This document shows, one piece after another, positions 61,001 through 64,000 of a stretch of DNA of 64,000 nt. Source of the DNA: Amoebophrya sp. A120 (lineage: Eukaryota; Protista; Dinoflagellata); assembly GCA_905178155.1 (NCBI GenBank), contig CAJINV010000004.1:1588573-1652572 (forward strand). Direction: 5' to 3'. Each line of letters begins with the position of its first letter. Positions within the stretch are counted from its first letter, which is position 1. Made by a program: the position numbers and the translations under genes. The notes under the pieces are model-generated. The model was not told where the DNA came from and searched no databases. It saw only the letters and a program-made list of their open reading frames with translations.

Positions 61001-63554
61001 GACCATGATGTTGCACGACAAGCTCCAGCCGACGGTCGTGTGCTAGTAGCGGGAACATCTTCAAAAGCTTTTGATGTCAGTGCAGACGTGCCTGCTTCGA
61101 AAAGTCAAGCAAAAACGCCTGCAGCTGGAAATAAACTAGAGCAGGAGAACCGCACCGCGGACGGGGAAAGCAGAAGCACAGGCCGCGTCAGATTCTTGAA
61201 GCAGGGACGAGAGGGGGAGGGTTCCGCGGGTAACAGAATCAGTGCTGCATCCTCCTCCTCGTCCTCGGGCGGCTCGAGTGCATCTTCTTCCTCGTCCTCC
61301 TCTTCCTTGCACGAAAAATCCTTCCGGCTATTCCTCGAGAAGAAACGCAAACAAGAAGGAGTTCCCGAGATGACGGAAACTCATCAAGTAGAAGAATTTA
61401 GTGTTGGAGAAGTTCATCCGCTGGATGAAACTCCCGTGGTTGTAGCGAGAACTTCAGCGGCTTCGCTCGAACGCGACCTCTCCACGTTGGTTTCTACCCC
61501 CAACGCTGCACTGGCCTTTCTGACCGCCCACAATCCGGAATTTTTCGCAAAAGTAGCCCGGGTGCGGGAAAATGTGGACAAGGCCAAGGCAAACCTTATC
61601 GCCGTTTCTAGCAGAGCAAGTCCTGCTTTGTTTGCAGACGAGCTACTCATCGATCCAGCCACGAGTATCCCCGACGATGCTTCGCACGAGGCCAGTTTGC
61701 GGAAACGATTTTTGGAAGAGGAGGGAACGCGAGGAAACCGTTCCTCTAAACGAGGACAAGGCGCGGTTGGAAGTGGTTCAAGAACTAGAACCGGGACAAG
61801 CAACAATAGAGGTAACCGGAGGCTTTTCGGATTCGCATCAGATGTTGATCTTCCGGAGGACCAAGAAGACGAGAGAAGTGTCGGCAAAACTTTGTTTGGA
61901 CACTCTTCGTGGATGTTGAATCTTGGGCGCTACACCGACGAGATTCGGCGAGACGAGCTACTAGAAACGACGAGTCCACCGAGCGGGGTATTAAAGAAAA
62001 GTAATATGAGTGGGAATGAAGAACAAGAACCTCTAAGCGGTGGAGCGATGCCAGCAGTGGGACGAGAGGAATTTTCATCGGAAGTTGTCCAGGCTCAACA
62101 TCAACAACCGGAACTACAAATGGCTGGCAGCCCTGAACAAAGTGTAGAAACGGCAGCGCGGACAAGAAACTTTTACACGAAACCCAATACAACCGCGTCG
62201 GCGCTGAGCCTGCTGCCCCCGAAGAAGGCCCCGGACCGCTTTACGCGGCTACACCTGGATATGGGAGTGTCAGGATTGAAATCGACAAAGTTGAAATAAC
62301 TTGTAATGCATAAGATCGATACCAGTTGGAAGCCCAATTTGTAAGCGGCGCATGACAATTTATCGGAGCACCGGAATCCAATTTGTCATGCCGTTTGGGC
62401 ACAGAAGACTGCTTTTGTCATGCTCCTGTAGCAGCTCTATCCCAAACCCTAAATAGGCTTACAATCTGCCCCACTTGCCATCCCGGCAAGACAGGCACTT
62501 CATGCCTTGCATTTTATGCATGGCAAATCATTTCAATGCTGTCGATCTCAAACCTGACGCTTCCATAATGGACGGGTTCCGCCGCGACCGCATGTTGCAG
62601 GAGGCCCGGGAGCGGAAATTGCAAGCGGAGCTGCTGCAGGAGAAAAAGTATGAGACCATTCGGCTGGCGCGCAGCAACAACGTGCTCGCCGCGTCGGAGG
62701 GGCGAGGGTCGCAGAAGGGGCTGAAGCTCGAAAACTTGATCGAGCGCTGTTCCGTGTGGGAGAAGCGACGGGCCCGCTGGCGCGACGCCAAACGAGTCGA
62801 GAAGGAAACGCAGGAGGAAAAGAGCTGCAGCTTCGCGCCCCGGCCGCTGTCGAGGAAGAGCGAAGAATTACTAAACAACAGCGGCAAGCAGACGTGGGCG
62901 CAGCGCAACAGCGCCGCGGTACGGAAGTTTATGGACCGGCAGCTGCAGGTGGGTGAGGTGTTGCAGGCAGCTCGGGACCAGCAAGAGGAGAAAGAAACGA
63001 AGGAGGCTTTCGCCGCTGGGCAGGAGGAAATTCTCAAGCTGAGAAATGCCTCGCTGTACAGCGGCACAGGAGGCCGCGGGGGTACAGCACAAGAACCACC
63101 GCCTGCTCCGGAAGGCGGTGAGGAAGCAGAAAAAGATGGCTCGACTTCTCCTGCGAATGTTACGAATGGTGCGACGCAAGACCAAGAAAGCAGGACCCTA
63201 AGTCCTCACGACCGTGGCATCTCTTCTAAGAACGCAATGTCTCCTGTAGCCCTGCCTCGGGCTTTTCGCCGCATTCAGCAGCCACTCAAGAGATCCGCGG
63301 AGGTGACGAGCAGGCAAGAACTGCACCGCAATGAAGACTACGAACTGACGTTTCAGCCGAAAACGCGAGCGGGGCGGTACTTTTACACCCGCCGGGGCGA
63401 GGCTGATGACAATAAAGAGCAGGATCAACATGTTGGGAGTCGTGCAGCGGAGGTATTGCCAATCTTCGAAAGACTCATGTATAGGCACCTTGATGATCTG
63501 CAATTATCTACTCTAGATGTTCTTGCAGACGCTGATGCTGATCTGGAGGATTGA
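55059..63554 (+). CDS. Very large K/S/R-rich hypothetical protein
   Basis: ORFs of 816, 1566 and 359 aa joined in frame across introners 57424-57579 (LCT|ENTQYL) and 62260-62567 (HLD|GFRRDR). Confidence 0.78.
57424..57579. mobile_element. Introner, short singleton family (about 45-bp TIR)
   Basis: TSD CACGG/CACGG; 156 bp. Confidence 0.88.
62260..62567. mobile_element. Introner, singleton family
   Basis: TSD CTGGA/ATGGA; TIR TATGGGAGTGTCAGGATTGAAATCGACA / TGTCGATCTCAAACCTGACGCTTCCATA. Confidence 0.9.
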
Positions 63555-64000
63555 AGCGAGGTACTAAGTTCAACTTCGAGTCTGCGGCAGAACAAACCAG
63601 CAGCAGGAGTCCCGGTAATATTGAACAGACAGAGAAGTGGTCATTCTTCGAACTGAAAAAACAAGTGCTAGCCGCTCGCTAGCGAAGAGTTTCCCGTTGC
63701 ACCAATGCCACCACCAGCATCTCCAGTACATGTACATTGTCAATGTCAATGTTCCACTTTTCTACATAGGCGCACGAAATTTGATGCAGGTGCCGTGCGT
63801 ATTTGTTGTGAACATCCGCCACTCTCCGGGTCCTCGGGCGCCACTGTTCTATGCCTCCTTCCATTAGATCAATTTACGAAAAAGTCAAAGATGAAGCTTT
63901 TCAGATCCGCGTCGGCTCCGCAAACTGATCATAAAAATAATGCTGCGATTCGTGATCTTCAAATCGACAAATCTTTCTACGTTTTTGGTTCCATAATTGC

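Overview
Eukaryotic, gene-dense, almost entirely plus-strand DNA. Gene architecture strongly suggests the parasitic dinoflagellate Amoebophrya (Syndiniales); this is an inference, not a database match. About eight protein genes can be rebuilt by hand: an ER DnaJ/ERdj3-like co-chaperone ending KEEL, a minus-strand hypothetical ORF, a ZRANB2-like double RanBP2 zinc-finger protein, a CPA1 Na+/H+ exchanger and four hypothetical proteins. The dominant feature is 40 MITE-like 'introner' elements (115-365 bp, TAT...ATA terminal inverted repeats, 5-bp target-site duplications, at least 7 TIR families). 38 of them sit inside coding exons, in either orientation, and removing the element plus 5 nt restores the reading frame wherever I checked. 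TSD mismatches suggest the junction is set by position: intron = 1 nt + hairpin element + 4 nt. The donor side is G-biased and there is no AG requirement. All the main families share an internal TGT(G/C/A)ATGC motif. A second, separate mobile system is also present: five GC-rich, apparently non-coding inserts (0.8-4.1 kb) at three loci, flanked by very long (39-71 bp) target duplications, re-inserted at the same junction twice, with partial target copies at their right ends. Coordinates were counted by hand and may be off by 1-2 nt.
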